Shown in pieces: positions 53,701 to 64,000 of a stretch of 64,000 nucleotides of DNA; position 1 is the stretch's first letter; each line of letters starts with the position of its first letter. The position numbers and the translations under genes were made by a program. The notes below the pieces were generated by a model that had not been told where the DNA came from, ran no database searches, and saw nothing but the letters and a program-made list of their open reading frames with translations. This DNA is from Pecten maximus (taxonomy: Eukaryota). The stretch covers positions 6,634,001 to 6,698,000 of the forward strand of contig NC_047026.1 in assembly GCF_902652985.1 (NCBI RefSeq). The letters run 5' to 3'.

Positions 53701-55381
53701 CTATATAATACTTTTAAGACGTATGATCATAGTAAAAAGGTCTTTTTTAAGACAAATTGTTAAACTGGTGAGTTTTGGACCTTTTTCAGAAATTTGCATA
53801 TTTTACCCCAAACTCAATATTTGTATAATATCATTTACGACCGCCATTTGCATTTCAAGGTCAAAATAAAAAAACAGTGTTTATACATATTGTAAAACCA
53901 AGTGTGGCAAACCAATGCTCCTATTTTGTGCTTTAAACTCTTATGAGCTACTTTGTGCAATATATGCTATACAAATGAGCTAATTATATCCCCATAACAC
54001 ATGCATATTAAGCATGGTTTGTTGAAATTTTAACATAATTTAACATATTACATGACAACAGTAAGTCCCACGGTTTGCCATGATACATACTAAAAGTTCA
54101 TCATGTTACTTCTGTTAAATTGCACAATAGTAGGAATTTACAGGCTTGTAAAATATCACTATTTTGACTGGATTTGCTGTTTAGATGGCCCATGAATTAT
54201 CTATTAATCAAAAGTATAATGCGATGGGTTGTCGGGTGGCACAGTACTAGTGGTAATACAGTTTCCCTGATCGGGCTTGAAAAGGTTAGGAGTCACCTGC
54301 CCGACCATGTGGGATTTCCCCGTTTACTCCGGTTTCCTCACACATTAAGTGTCCTCGCGCGCTTCCATCCGGGCCATCAAGCGTGATCAATATAAGTTTT
54401 TATAACTTATATAACTTTATATAACTTTTTTCGTAATTGCTGTAAAACAAATAAAGTTTACATTTCATAGTAATATGATGCATGAAATACCCTCCAATAT
54501 ATGAATGGCCAGAAAGACATACCTAGGATACACAAAATTGTTTAAGTTTTCAATATCACATATCTCTTTGATTAAGTTTCTTTGATGATGTTACATTTTC
54601 CACCCAAAATGATAAAAAATTGTTGCATTACGTAATTGCCATTGGCTTGTGTCTTGTGTTAACAGCAACGTTCAGTGCGGACGGATTGTTTTGGACGGGA
54701 GGGACCACTTTGATGACTGGAGGGCGATGGATGTGGGAGGCAGCATCTTATCCCTTAGGGTACACGGCCTGGTCCCCCGGGGAACCCGACACTCACTCTG
54801 ACCAGAAGCGGTGCCTCGCCATGGTATTCAGTAAAGGTTTCCAGTGGATCTCCTCAGTCTGCGATCACAAACACCACTTTGTATGCGAAGCATCGTAAGG
54901 ACAATTTATCCCAATTCTCTCCATTATACGACATATTACTGGTTCTCCCCTAACCTTATAACAAGTGAGAAATGCTGACATGTTTACAAAAGCAGATAGA
55001 ACTTGAAATTGCGGCAAAAAATGAAAAAGGGGGAATTGAGAAAACACATCAATTTTTAAAGTCCTTTCCTTTTGTTTCTATCGTAGAAAACGCATTGCCA
55101 TTGTATTACAAGCTTGTGTGGAGTCTAGTTCTACAGGAAAGGGGATTTCCGCTAATTAGCAACTCAAAGCGAGCTAATGATTTCTCGATAACATGAAAAT
55201 ATTAAACATGGAATTCATTTTTGGTGTTTCAATACAGATGATACCATGTAAATCAAATAATATTTACAGTTTTTGTTTTTACAATTCATCATTCTGTTTT
55301 TGGTCACAAACATGTATTTTATATTGTTTCAGAGCGTTTGCAAACATTGGCGGTCAAAGTGGTGGTATTGTCATCGGATGA
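50740..55381 (+). CDS. Secreted single-CRD C-type lectin (perlucin-like), 5 exons
   Basis: Exons 50740-50791 (signal peptide MADLRLFVPLFLWTILL), 51757-51851 (CPDG....SCY......SWSEA), 52966-53059 (YC....LLSIETVEEQTFI), 54666-54894 (FWTGG...WMW...WSPGEPD...CL...W...C...FVCE) and 55333-55381 (..IVIG*). All phases match. AATAAA at about 55453. Confidence 0.88.
51027..51545 (+). mobile_element. Non-autonomous Helentron-like element with an internal ~155-bp tandem repeat (about 2.7 copies)
   Basis: 5' AGCTCACCTG followed by a (GTCC)n microsatellite, with repeats starting at about 51085, 51240 and 51395. Confidence 0.6.
54285..54420 (+). mobile_element. Decayed V-domain-like SINE fragment
   Basis: GTGGGATTTCCCCGTTTACTCCGGTTTCCTC resembles the central motif of the 60759 and 61372 SINEs. 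Confidence 0.4.
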
Positions 55382-55923
55382 ACACATCTTTCGGCTGACA
55401 CAGACTGGCTAGCTGTCACATCAAACACCTACGTTTAAAATGTTGATTTTCCAATAAAGTATTAATCTACAGTTCTATGTCCTTTCAGTATTTTAGTCAA
55501 TGAGGTATGAAATTTAATAATGTAAAATATCGCAAATAATGTACCATACGTATTCATTTAATTCCAATTTCATTGTTTCGTGGGCACGTGACTTTAGCCA
55601 CGATATTCTCTATCTCAAACACGGTGCCAAATATCACCGGTAAAATTAATGGACGAAAAATTATCAAAAAACTTATTTCGATGAGAAATGTGGTGAAATA
55701 TATCGCAATCGCCAACACAGATGACTAGAGTGTCGCAAACGGGAAATATCGACCAAGAACTTGCATTCAAACAGAGGCTGGACCACGTGTACCGGCATGC
55801 TTATCACGTGACACGCCATTGTTGTTATCAATGACACGGAGGCCACAGAGATCTAAAGAGTGAAAACATGAATGTGAAGGATTTTGATGGCCAACAACAT
55901 TTTTTTCTTTTAGTTGATATTAT

Positions 55924-56600
55924 ACAATTATTGCCCTTGTTCCGGGTTGACATGAATATTTGACCACCCGAGAGGTGTCATGTCACCCGAGGGCGTAGCC
56001 CGAGGGTGACATGACACCTCAAGGGTGGGCAAATATTCATGTCAACTCGGAACAAGGGCAGTAATTGTTTTATTATACCGAAAAAAACATAAGTGAATTA
56101 ATTTTGGTATCAATAAGTTTATTTATTACTATCAACAGTTTTTAAGAAAAGTTTTTAAGAGGTACCCCATCGTCTTTCTGGACCCGGCATAAAATTCTCC
56201 CAGTTGAACTTTCAATGTATGGACGTCGAAGTTTTCACAATCCTTTGGTCTAGGCCTACCTGTTGCAGATAGGAAATGCCTAAGGGAATCCACGGCCACA
56301 TTGATGACCCTTTTGGTGTTTTTAGAATCCTTTTCTTGCAATAATTTCGCCAATTCCTCCTCTGTTGGCAGACGATAGCGTCCGCCGGCAGCCATTGTTG
56401 TTGTCAAGCAGAATACTCGGAACTTCTCTGATTCGACTACTTTTGAAGACGTTACGGAAGAGAGTTCCGAGTTGGGGCTCACGAGAGGGTGACATAACGA
56501 TTTTGGAGGGCTCACGAGAGGGTGACATAACGAATGTTTTTAATCACGTGACATGGTTTTCACTAATCAGAAGCTGTGATACAAGTCTGAGGTATAATAA
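55924..56600 (-). mobile_element. Crypton-like internally deleted element: 145-bp palindrome plus IR-flanked recombinase N-terminus
   Basis: Palindrome 55924-56068 centred on GGGCGTAGCCC. TTATTATACC (56070) ... GGTATAATAA (56591) flank MAAGGRYRLPTEEELAKLLQEKDSKNTKRVINVAVDSLRHFL...ENFD..TL...LGEFYAGSRK (ATG at 56395), which resembles the region preceding DUF3504/YR in Crypton proteins. Confidence 0.7.
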
Positions 56601-58306
56601 TAATATATGAATTCATGGCAAAAGCGAACTAATCTGTATATAATATGCTTGGTTTGGTCGCGGATTTTTACATCTGCTTCCATGTTTTTGTCTACTTAAT
56701 TGTACCCTACTACAATAGCAGGATACGATGCTTCCCCTATGCTGAAGTCTGCACGTTTCAATAAAAACCAGGGGAAATATCCATATTTATGTAACAAAAC
56801 ATGCATTAATTTTCTTTGTATTGTTTGTAATAATTCCTCATAACATACATTTATACATTCAGCTATGTCTTTCTTTTAATCATATGTTAATTTAGGAAGA
56901 CACAACTACTTTTGTCGTTCGGCGATCGTAAACATGTTTTGATGTCAACAGTGTAAATTGTCGCATTTATTTGTAAGTATCTTAGTCTGAAAAATACTAT
57001 CCTTTTTTGCCAGGTGCTACGTCCATATAGCCTCTCATATGGACAGCGTTCATATTTACATTGTATTTCTATTCTAGATGTTTTGAGTTTTGAGACATAG
57101 TACAGTATAGATATATCAATTCAAGAGTTGTTGGAGCGTTTGAATAGAACTCCGATTTTCTTAAACAATGTTTTGCGGCTCATTCTTGCCACTCAGAACT
57201 GATGCATTTAACATACTTTATGATTAAAAACTCTCAAATGATTTTTTTTTTTGTCTAGTATAAATAACTGCTACCGAACCATCTCCGTTAAATCTTATCC
57301 TGAAAAATAAACCTTCTATAAAATAAATGACCCTCCTTCACACAGAGGTGCTTCAGACCAATTGCTTAATGTCAACTGTCAACTACTGAGATGACCTGTA
57401 AAGGGATATTGTTAGATCTTGTATTGCAGTGTATCGTAGGGGAGCGGAAATTACAAGTCTAATTTTATTAGATTAGGTCTTGTCCTTCAGGCCCCTAGGT
57501 ACCCACGTCCCCGGTTTATATCGGATTATATGAAATGGATTCCTTTTCTATTCATTCATGAATTTTACCCAAAGAGACTTAAGAACACAGATCATCTATA
57601 CATAAATTATGGATGTGATTAGCTGTTGAGCGCGTGTAGTAACGAAAGTGTCCAATCTAATAAGAATTATATTGCAGTGTATCGTAGAGTATCGTAGATG
57701 AGTGGAAATTAAAATTACAATTTTTAATTTTAATTAGATTGGAAAGTGTCCGATTGAAATCTGACGGAAATCATACGTAATTATTTTTGTACCATTGATC
57801 ACCCTCCGTAATTACGTGCAATTTTATATTAGATTTTACTAGCGGAAGTGAATTGTGTATGAAATGATAATTTGTGTCGACGTACACGTTTGTCAATGCC
57901 AATACTTTATCAGTACTTGTGTTATTGTGATAAGCAAAGAAATAATCTAAAAAAAAAAGGTTGTGAAAAAATAATTTCTTGACCGATTTTAAGGGTACTT
58001 CTAGCTTTTCGTTTGTCATTCTGTTTTCTCGCTAGGTTTATGTTTTTCATATCCTTTGATCTTAAATGTCTACGTTCCAATTTGTGTTTTATATTTTGTG
58101 TTTTCCAGGAAAGGAATAACTCCAGAAAATGTCTGGGCATGTTTTCCAGGTTTAAGACAACACGAAACATACATACAGATAATGGTTTGCCCAAGTTGTT
58201 CCAAATCTTATCTCTAATGTCAGAAATAACTCTGTCCCTATACACAACGCGATAACTCGGACAGCGGACCCTTATCTCCGGAATAATACAGAACTGCATA
58301 TCCAAG

Positions 58307-58605
58307 ATGGCTGCCATTGAGAAATATGACATCTTTTGTATGCTGTTGTTCCTGTTTGTAACCACACAAGGTACTGCTGAATGATTTTAATTTATACTTT
58401 AAGAGCATCTGTTCAGGCGACTTACCTCCCTTGCAACGTATGTCGGTTGCACGTCAAGCAAGTTACGCAATTGAAATCTTGGTCAGTAAGGTTAGTTTCT
58501 CAAATCAATGTTTCAGTGTCCGGAGATTGTCCGAGTGGCTTCCTGGTCCATGGAAATTCCTGCTACATGGACTTTAACATCCAGGCCACGTGGGCTGAGG
58601 CTTCG
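58307..58605 (+). CDS. Second C-type lectin, exons 1-2 only (58307-58370, 58517-58605)
   Basis: MAAIEKYDIFCMLLFLFVTTQ / VSGDCPSGFLVHGNSCYMDFNIQATWAEAS, with the same intron phases (1,0) as the upstream lectin. Later exons were not found in the window. Confidence 0.75.
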
Positions 58606-59134
58606 GTAGGTATACACGAGATCACGTGATCTTCATAACGCTCTTATTGTCTTAAAAATATTTTGAATGTTTTATTTAATCATGTTCATAAGTACCTGAT
58701 GGTTTATTTTTCGTGAAAAGTCAGATAGGTTTTGGAGAATTATCAATTGATACTACCACGTGACAATGGTAGTGACAGTAGACAATAACCGGAAACTGAT
58801 ACATTTTTTGTAACAAGAATCACTACTTCCGGAACCACCTATGGTATAATTGGTACCACTTGTGGTGCTTGTGTATTTCTTTAAAACAGACAATTGCTTG
58901 TTCGCTGATTCATGCATTATCAGAGTATCTGAGTCGTTAGTAGGCGCAATGGGTAGTATACTCGCGGTCGGCTTTCACCTAGACAGCCGGGGTCCAATTT
59001 TCTGATCGAACGTGAAGAAGTATGGAATCACCTGCCGGATTGCGATGATTTCTCTGAGTGAAATTTGATTTCTTACACGAGTTCTTTCGAGTTACAGCCA
59101 TATTATATATGTATATATATATATATATATTGTC

Positions 59135-59690
59135 AATCAGGTCATCTGACACGAAGGGTCAGGATGAACTACAGTCATCGTGTTTCATCCGTCGTCTTCC
59201 GTCACGTGCCGTGCCGTGCGCCATGCATAAGCTTTTCGCATTTCAAACTTTTTAACTTTCCTTGAAACTGAGACTCAGCTCTTCTTCGCTTTAAACTTCT
59301 TCTTCAGTTCCCCTGTACAATAGAGCTGAGTATTTTTAGGAATTTAAAGAAGCGGGACCAACAAAATGATATTTTTCGGCTTCGTAAACTCTTTAACACT
59401 GGTAGCCACGGTGGCCATTTTGTAACGTATTCACACGATCATGGTTTTCCTGAATAAAACGTATTTTTAACTTCTTCCAAAGTTCCACCTGTGGGATTCG
59501 GCTCTCGCTCTTGATCTTGAAATAGTCCTGACCAAGTGTTGTTCCTTTTGGGGCTGTCCGAAATCAAAGATGGCCGCCACGGTAGCCATGGCTAACAGTA
59601 CAACTATACTCGATACTGAGTATGCATACTACAACAGTGCGTGTGTCTTTAGAGTCAGATGATCGTTAAGGCCATCGGGCCTCTTGTTAT
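59135..59690 (+). mobile_element. Non-autonomous Helentron-like element
   Basis: Subterminal IR GGTCATCTGAC / GTCAGATGATC, a CGTC/CGTG microsatellite and the 3' hairpin AGGCC..GGCCT-CTTGTT. Confidence 0.6.
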
Positions 59691-60758
59691 TTGCATTAAT
59701 ATTGATGAAGACGGTATTAGACGAAACAGCAATTCCTGAGAACTTACCATACAGCTGTGCCAATTATATAGAATTGAGAACACTTTACACACGTTATAAG
59801 AAGTAAAAGCACAAAAATTGCAAAAATATTGTAAGCATGCATAAACAGCAGGTCAGGAAACGAAAATGCACCTATTTTTGTAAACCGCCATGTTGATTAT
59901 GAATACCACATCTTGTACATGTTATGCATTACGTCAAGGGCGTGCTGCGAAGGAATTCTGTCAATGACGGACTGTTTACTTCAGTGTTTCAGAGATAACA
60001 ATTTATAGGTATTGTTGGAGTCATGTATGTAGACCAAAGTTTATCTTACCCTGGACAGGGATATCCGCAGTTTTACCAGGGTGAGATTTTCTTATCTCAT
60101 CCTAGGGAAAAAAACTGCAACAATTGCATTTCGTCACGTCAACAATAACATGACGTCACGGCAACAGTACGATGACGTCACGTCGGCAATTCAATCACGT
60201 CACGTCAACATTTCCTTGCATTGATGTAAAGTTAATATTAGACACATAAGAGGGTAAACAGGGTGAGAGAAAAATAATCATTCACCCCCAAGGGGGTGAA
60301 AGATTCTATTAATCTATATTTGTGTGAAAACTATATTTCCGTATCTATTTTGTTATAGTTAAACAAAAACAAATTCCCTGGAATATACTTTAACATCTGT
60401 ATAATCAAAGGAACAAAATGACTACACCCGTATTATTTACAGAAATAAAACGACTGTAAAGTACCTATAATGTCCATACTCCATCATCAAATATTATTTA
60501 CTTTTTCACTTCGCTCCGCCTCAATGAACTTAGTAAACTCAGATTACTTCATTTCCCGTTGAAGATTTTGGGTCGCGTGCTTTTGTTCAGAGAGACGAAT
60601 CACTTTCTTTTCTTGCCGGCGTGTGAATACATTCACTGAGTTTACAATGGCGATCGAGTTCTGTACCGCCTCAGACTTGAATGGACTTTCTTTTTGTGAA
60701 CTGTGTTACATTGTTATAAACGTGTATATAAACAGTACCAGGCAACGTATACAAATTA

Positions 60759-60983
60759 GGGGCCGCGTTGGCCGAGTGGTTAAGGTGTCCCGACACTTTA
60801 ACACTAGTCCTCCACCTGTGGGTTGCGAGTTCGAAACTTACGGGGGGCAGTTGCCAGGTACTGACCGTAGGCCGGTGGTTTTTCTCCGGGTACTCCGGCT
60901 TTCCTCCACCTCCAAACCTGGCACTTCCTTAAATGACCCTGGCTGTTAATAGGACGTTAAACAAAAACAAACCAAAACCAAAC
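60759..60983 (+). mobile_element. tRNA-derived SINE, family A (V-domain-like)
   Basis: Box A TGGCCGAGTGG, box B GAGTTCGAAAC, central GGTTTTTCTCCGGGTACTCCGGCTTTCCTCC and an AAAC(C)-rich tail. Confidence 0.85.
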
Positions 60984-61371
60984 GGACATAAACACAAGTG
61001 GAAGAGCCGCTTTATGTGCACTTCATTTGCACGAGGTTCACTTCCCTTCAGCAGTCAATGCAAGCAACAAAACTGACAATCAATCCTTAAATGAATACAC
61101 ACAATCTATATCTCCAGCATGGCTTGTGAGGGTTATGTTAATCTTTGAATCAGAAGACGCTTACTCCACTGGAGCACATGGTTCCACCATCATTGCGTCT
61201 TTCCACGGGTTCCCATGTAATTCTACTTTTGTTTGTTTTTTGTTTTCATGGCACAAAGTTCCAGTGAGCTATGGTATGGTGCAGGAGTGGTCCTCCGTCT
61301 ATTCGTTCGTCAAATTTAACTTCTTTCAGAAACCTAAACCTAACCAGGAACTTATATTTCTCTTGGCTAAG

Positions 61372-61599
61372 GGGACCGTGGTGGTCGAGTGGTTAAGGTG
61401 TCCCGACACTTTATCACTAGCTCTCCACCTCTGGGTTGCGAGTTCGAAACCTACGTGGGACAGTTGCCAGGTACTGACCGTAGGCCGGTGGTTTTTCTCC
61501 GGGTACTCCGGCTTTCCTCCACCTCCAAACCTGGCATGTCCTTAAATTACCCTGGCTGTTAATAGGACTTTAAAGGAAATAAACCAAACTAAACCAAAG
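61372..61599 (+). mobile_element. tRNA-derived SINE, family A, with an 11-bp TSD
   Basis: Highly similar to the 60759 copy. TCTTGGCTAAG is repeated at 61361-61371 and 61600-61610. Confidence 0.88.
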
Positions 61600-61699
61600 T
61601 CTTGGCTAAGAGTTTCCTGGAGTAAAGTATGCATAAAATGTGTTCATACGCATGATCTCAACTTATTCTCAAGATCGCAAGGGTCTATTATGTCAAAAA

Positions 61700-62140
61700 C
61701 GTCTTCTCGGGTTAAAGACGACCCGGAGTTAGCTTGTCCTCATATAATAGACCTAGACTTCTTTTTAAGGTAGCAGGGACCAAAAAGGTTAAGTTTTCTG
61801 TGAGAATTCCTGAAAGGCACAGGACACTCATATTTGGCCAAGCAGGTGCCTACTATAGAATGCGAGAAAATGTCCTTGTCCCAACGACCTTGGCCCGTTT
61901 TCGAAGTCACAAGGTGTAAAATGTATTTAAAAACTGTAGCATTGATTTTGTTAAGTATTCCATTCCCTTGCTATATAGGTTATTTATTGTTTATCAAAAA
62001 CATCAAAGGAGGTAAGTTATGGTGTCGCAATGCTATTGATCTACAATATGATTCACCAATGCATCTGCAAAATAGTAGTTTTGCTATCATGCCTTTCTAC
62101 CTGCATGTATGCAAGTGATTCAGGCCCTCTGGGCCTCTTG
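61700..62140 (+). mobile_element. Decayed Helentron-like non-autonomous element
   Basis: Ends CAAGTGATTCAGGCCCTCTGGGCCTCTTG, closely matching the 3' hairpin terminus of the 4700 and 59135 elements. Confidence 0.5.
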
Positions 62141-63196
62141 CTGGCCCTCGATTTTTAGAATTGAAGTAAGAATTACGCCTTCGTGCACATGTTGGTATTT
62201 CTCTGAATAATGTGTTTTAAATGTTAAACATTCCAATATTAGCTGATATCTAAGGGTTTTCATCCAGCACAAATTACTAACACAATACATTAAACCCATA
62301 TTTTTTCCTCGCTCAACAAAACAAAGAAAAAAAAATACATAAATTTCTTTCGTGACTGTAAATCACTATCACGAAAAAGAAACAAAAGATCGAGAATTAC
62401 ATCACACTCACACAGTACAACAAAAAATGAACTGAAAACTGTCATTTAATCACGTGATACTACTTGATTAACAAAAATGATCAATTATTATTATTCTGGT
62501 AAGAATTGACTTTTTTCTGTATCACTTTAGCCAGTGTTACGATTCAGAGGAGACTACATTTATATTCTACCTGACCCACTGTAACAAATGTTACGAAGTG
62601 ATGGCTATCAATCATACACTGACTAGCCTAATATAACACAGCCACCGTTTCGTACAAAGAGCAATTGTTGGCAGACGTTATGTCTCTGACTCAAACCAAT
62701 TTAATGTAACATGGGAAGGTGAAAAATAAAATTTGATGCAAAATGTTGATGATCTCCTGAACTTAAACATACAAAAAGTCTGTGTGAAATAATAAAATGG
62801 GGCAAATGAATTAGAGAAGTTTTTTAATGTATTTTACCTGAATTGCATTTAAATTGCTTAGGTACGTAAACACTGCTGTGACCTAATTTCATTTCTTACT
62901 TGTATAATCCAGGCCTTTGTTAGTTCACAGCCTAGCATATACATTTGTGTTATGAAAATTGCAATATATATTCCATAACGTCTTTTTTCTGTAATATAAA
63001 TGTCACAATGGAATTTCATTCAGCAGAATAACATTATGTACATTGTATAAGTGGCATTACCTACCATTACATACGCCCTACAGAGTTTAAACGCTGACGC
63101 TGTAGTTACTTATGTATGTAGTAAGCAGGTGCTACAGAGATATTAATGCATTCTTATACAAGGTTCTAAATTCAAAAACACTTAGATAAGAAATCA

Positions 63197-64000
63197 TGAG
63201 TATGACATGTCAGAGAGAGCATGCGGAGTATGACATGTCTGAGTATGATAGTATAACATGTCAGAGAGAGTATGACATGTCAGAGAGAGTATGACATGTC
63301 AGAGAGAGTATGACATATCAGAGAGAGTATGACATACCAGAGAGAGTATGACATGTCAGAGAGAGTATGACATGTCAGAGAGAGTATGACATGTCAGAGA
63401 GAGTATGACATACCAGAGAGAGTATGACAATCCAGAGAGAGTATAACATGTCAGAGAGACTAATACATGGCAGAGATATTATGACATGTCAGAGAGTATA
63501 TATGACATGTCAGAGAGAGAGTATGACATGTCAGAAAGAGTATGACATGTCAGAGAGAGTATGACATGTCAGAGAGAGTATGATATGTCAGAGAGAGTAT
63601 GACATGTCAGAGAGTATGACATGTCAGAGAGAGTATGACATACCAGAGAGAGTATGAAATGTCAGAGAGAGTATAATATGTCAGAGAGAGTATGACATGT
63701 CAGAGAGAGTATGACATGTCAGAGAGAGTATGACATGTCAGAGAGAGTATAACATGTCAGAGAGTATAACATATTAGAGAGTATGACATGCCGGGGAGTA
63801 AGACATGTCAGAGATAGTATAACATGTCAGAGATAGTATAACATGTCAGAGAGAGAGTATGACATGCCAGAGAGAGTATGACAATCCAGAGAGAGTATAA
63901 CATGTCAGAGAGAGTAAGACATGCCAGAGATATTATGACATGTCAGAGAGTGTATGACATGTCAGAGAGAGTATGACATGCCAGAGAGGGTATGACATGT
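63197..64000. repeat. 19-bp minisatellite running off the window end
   Basis: Unit TATGACATGTCAGAGAGAG, containing the palindrome TGACATGTCA. Confidence 0.95.

Noticed and set aside
60759-60850. Functional tRNA genes at 35585, 50080, 60759 and 61372
   Set aside because: They have A/B boxes but no canonical cloverleaf, and most continue into SINE bodies, one with a TSD.
61027-61545. 172-aa ORF
   Set aside because: It runs through a SINE and has no recognisable domain.
62541-62640. Possible exon 3 of the second lectin (QCYDSEETTFI...)
   Set aside because: Wrong phase, no matching donor, and it lacks the C....L..I pattern.

Overview
AT-rich animal genomic DNA with spliceosomal introns and one 145-N gap (44561-44705). 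The repeat types and lectins suggest a marine mollusc, probably a bivalve; this is inference. Host genes, all on +: (1) a single-coding-exon protein with about 22 C2H2 zinc fingers (13906-18411), broken by two compensating 1-nt frameshifts; (2) a 13-coding-exon MFSD1-like MFS transporter (34304-47934) with a paralogous copy of its TM1 exon 6.6 kb upstream; (3) a complete 5-exon secreted C-type lectin (50740-55381) and the first two exons of a second one (58307-58605). The rest is mobile and repetitive DNA: LINE relics, tRNA-derived SINEs, Helentron-like non-autonomous elements, IS3EU- and piggyBac-like non-autonomous DNA elements, Crypton-like elements with long palindromes, an SGNH-hydrolase retroelement relic and many mini/microsatellites. 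The most striking observation is a tandem array at about 21615-21950 whose 49-bp unit is entirely a hammerhead ribozyme, i.e. a concatemer of a ribozyme-only mini-circle. It lies about 300 bp downstream of the zinc-finger gene's candidate poly(A) signal on the same strand. A degenerate relative lies at about 52590, and an unrelated Penelope-type minimal hammerhead sits in a palindrome at about 38300.
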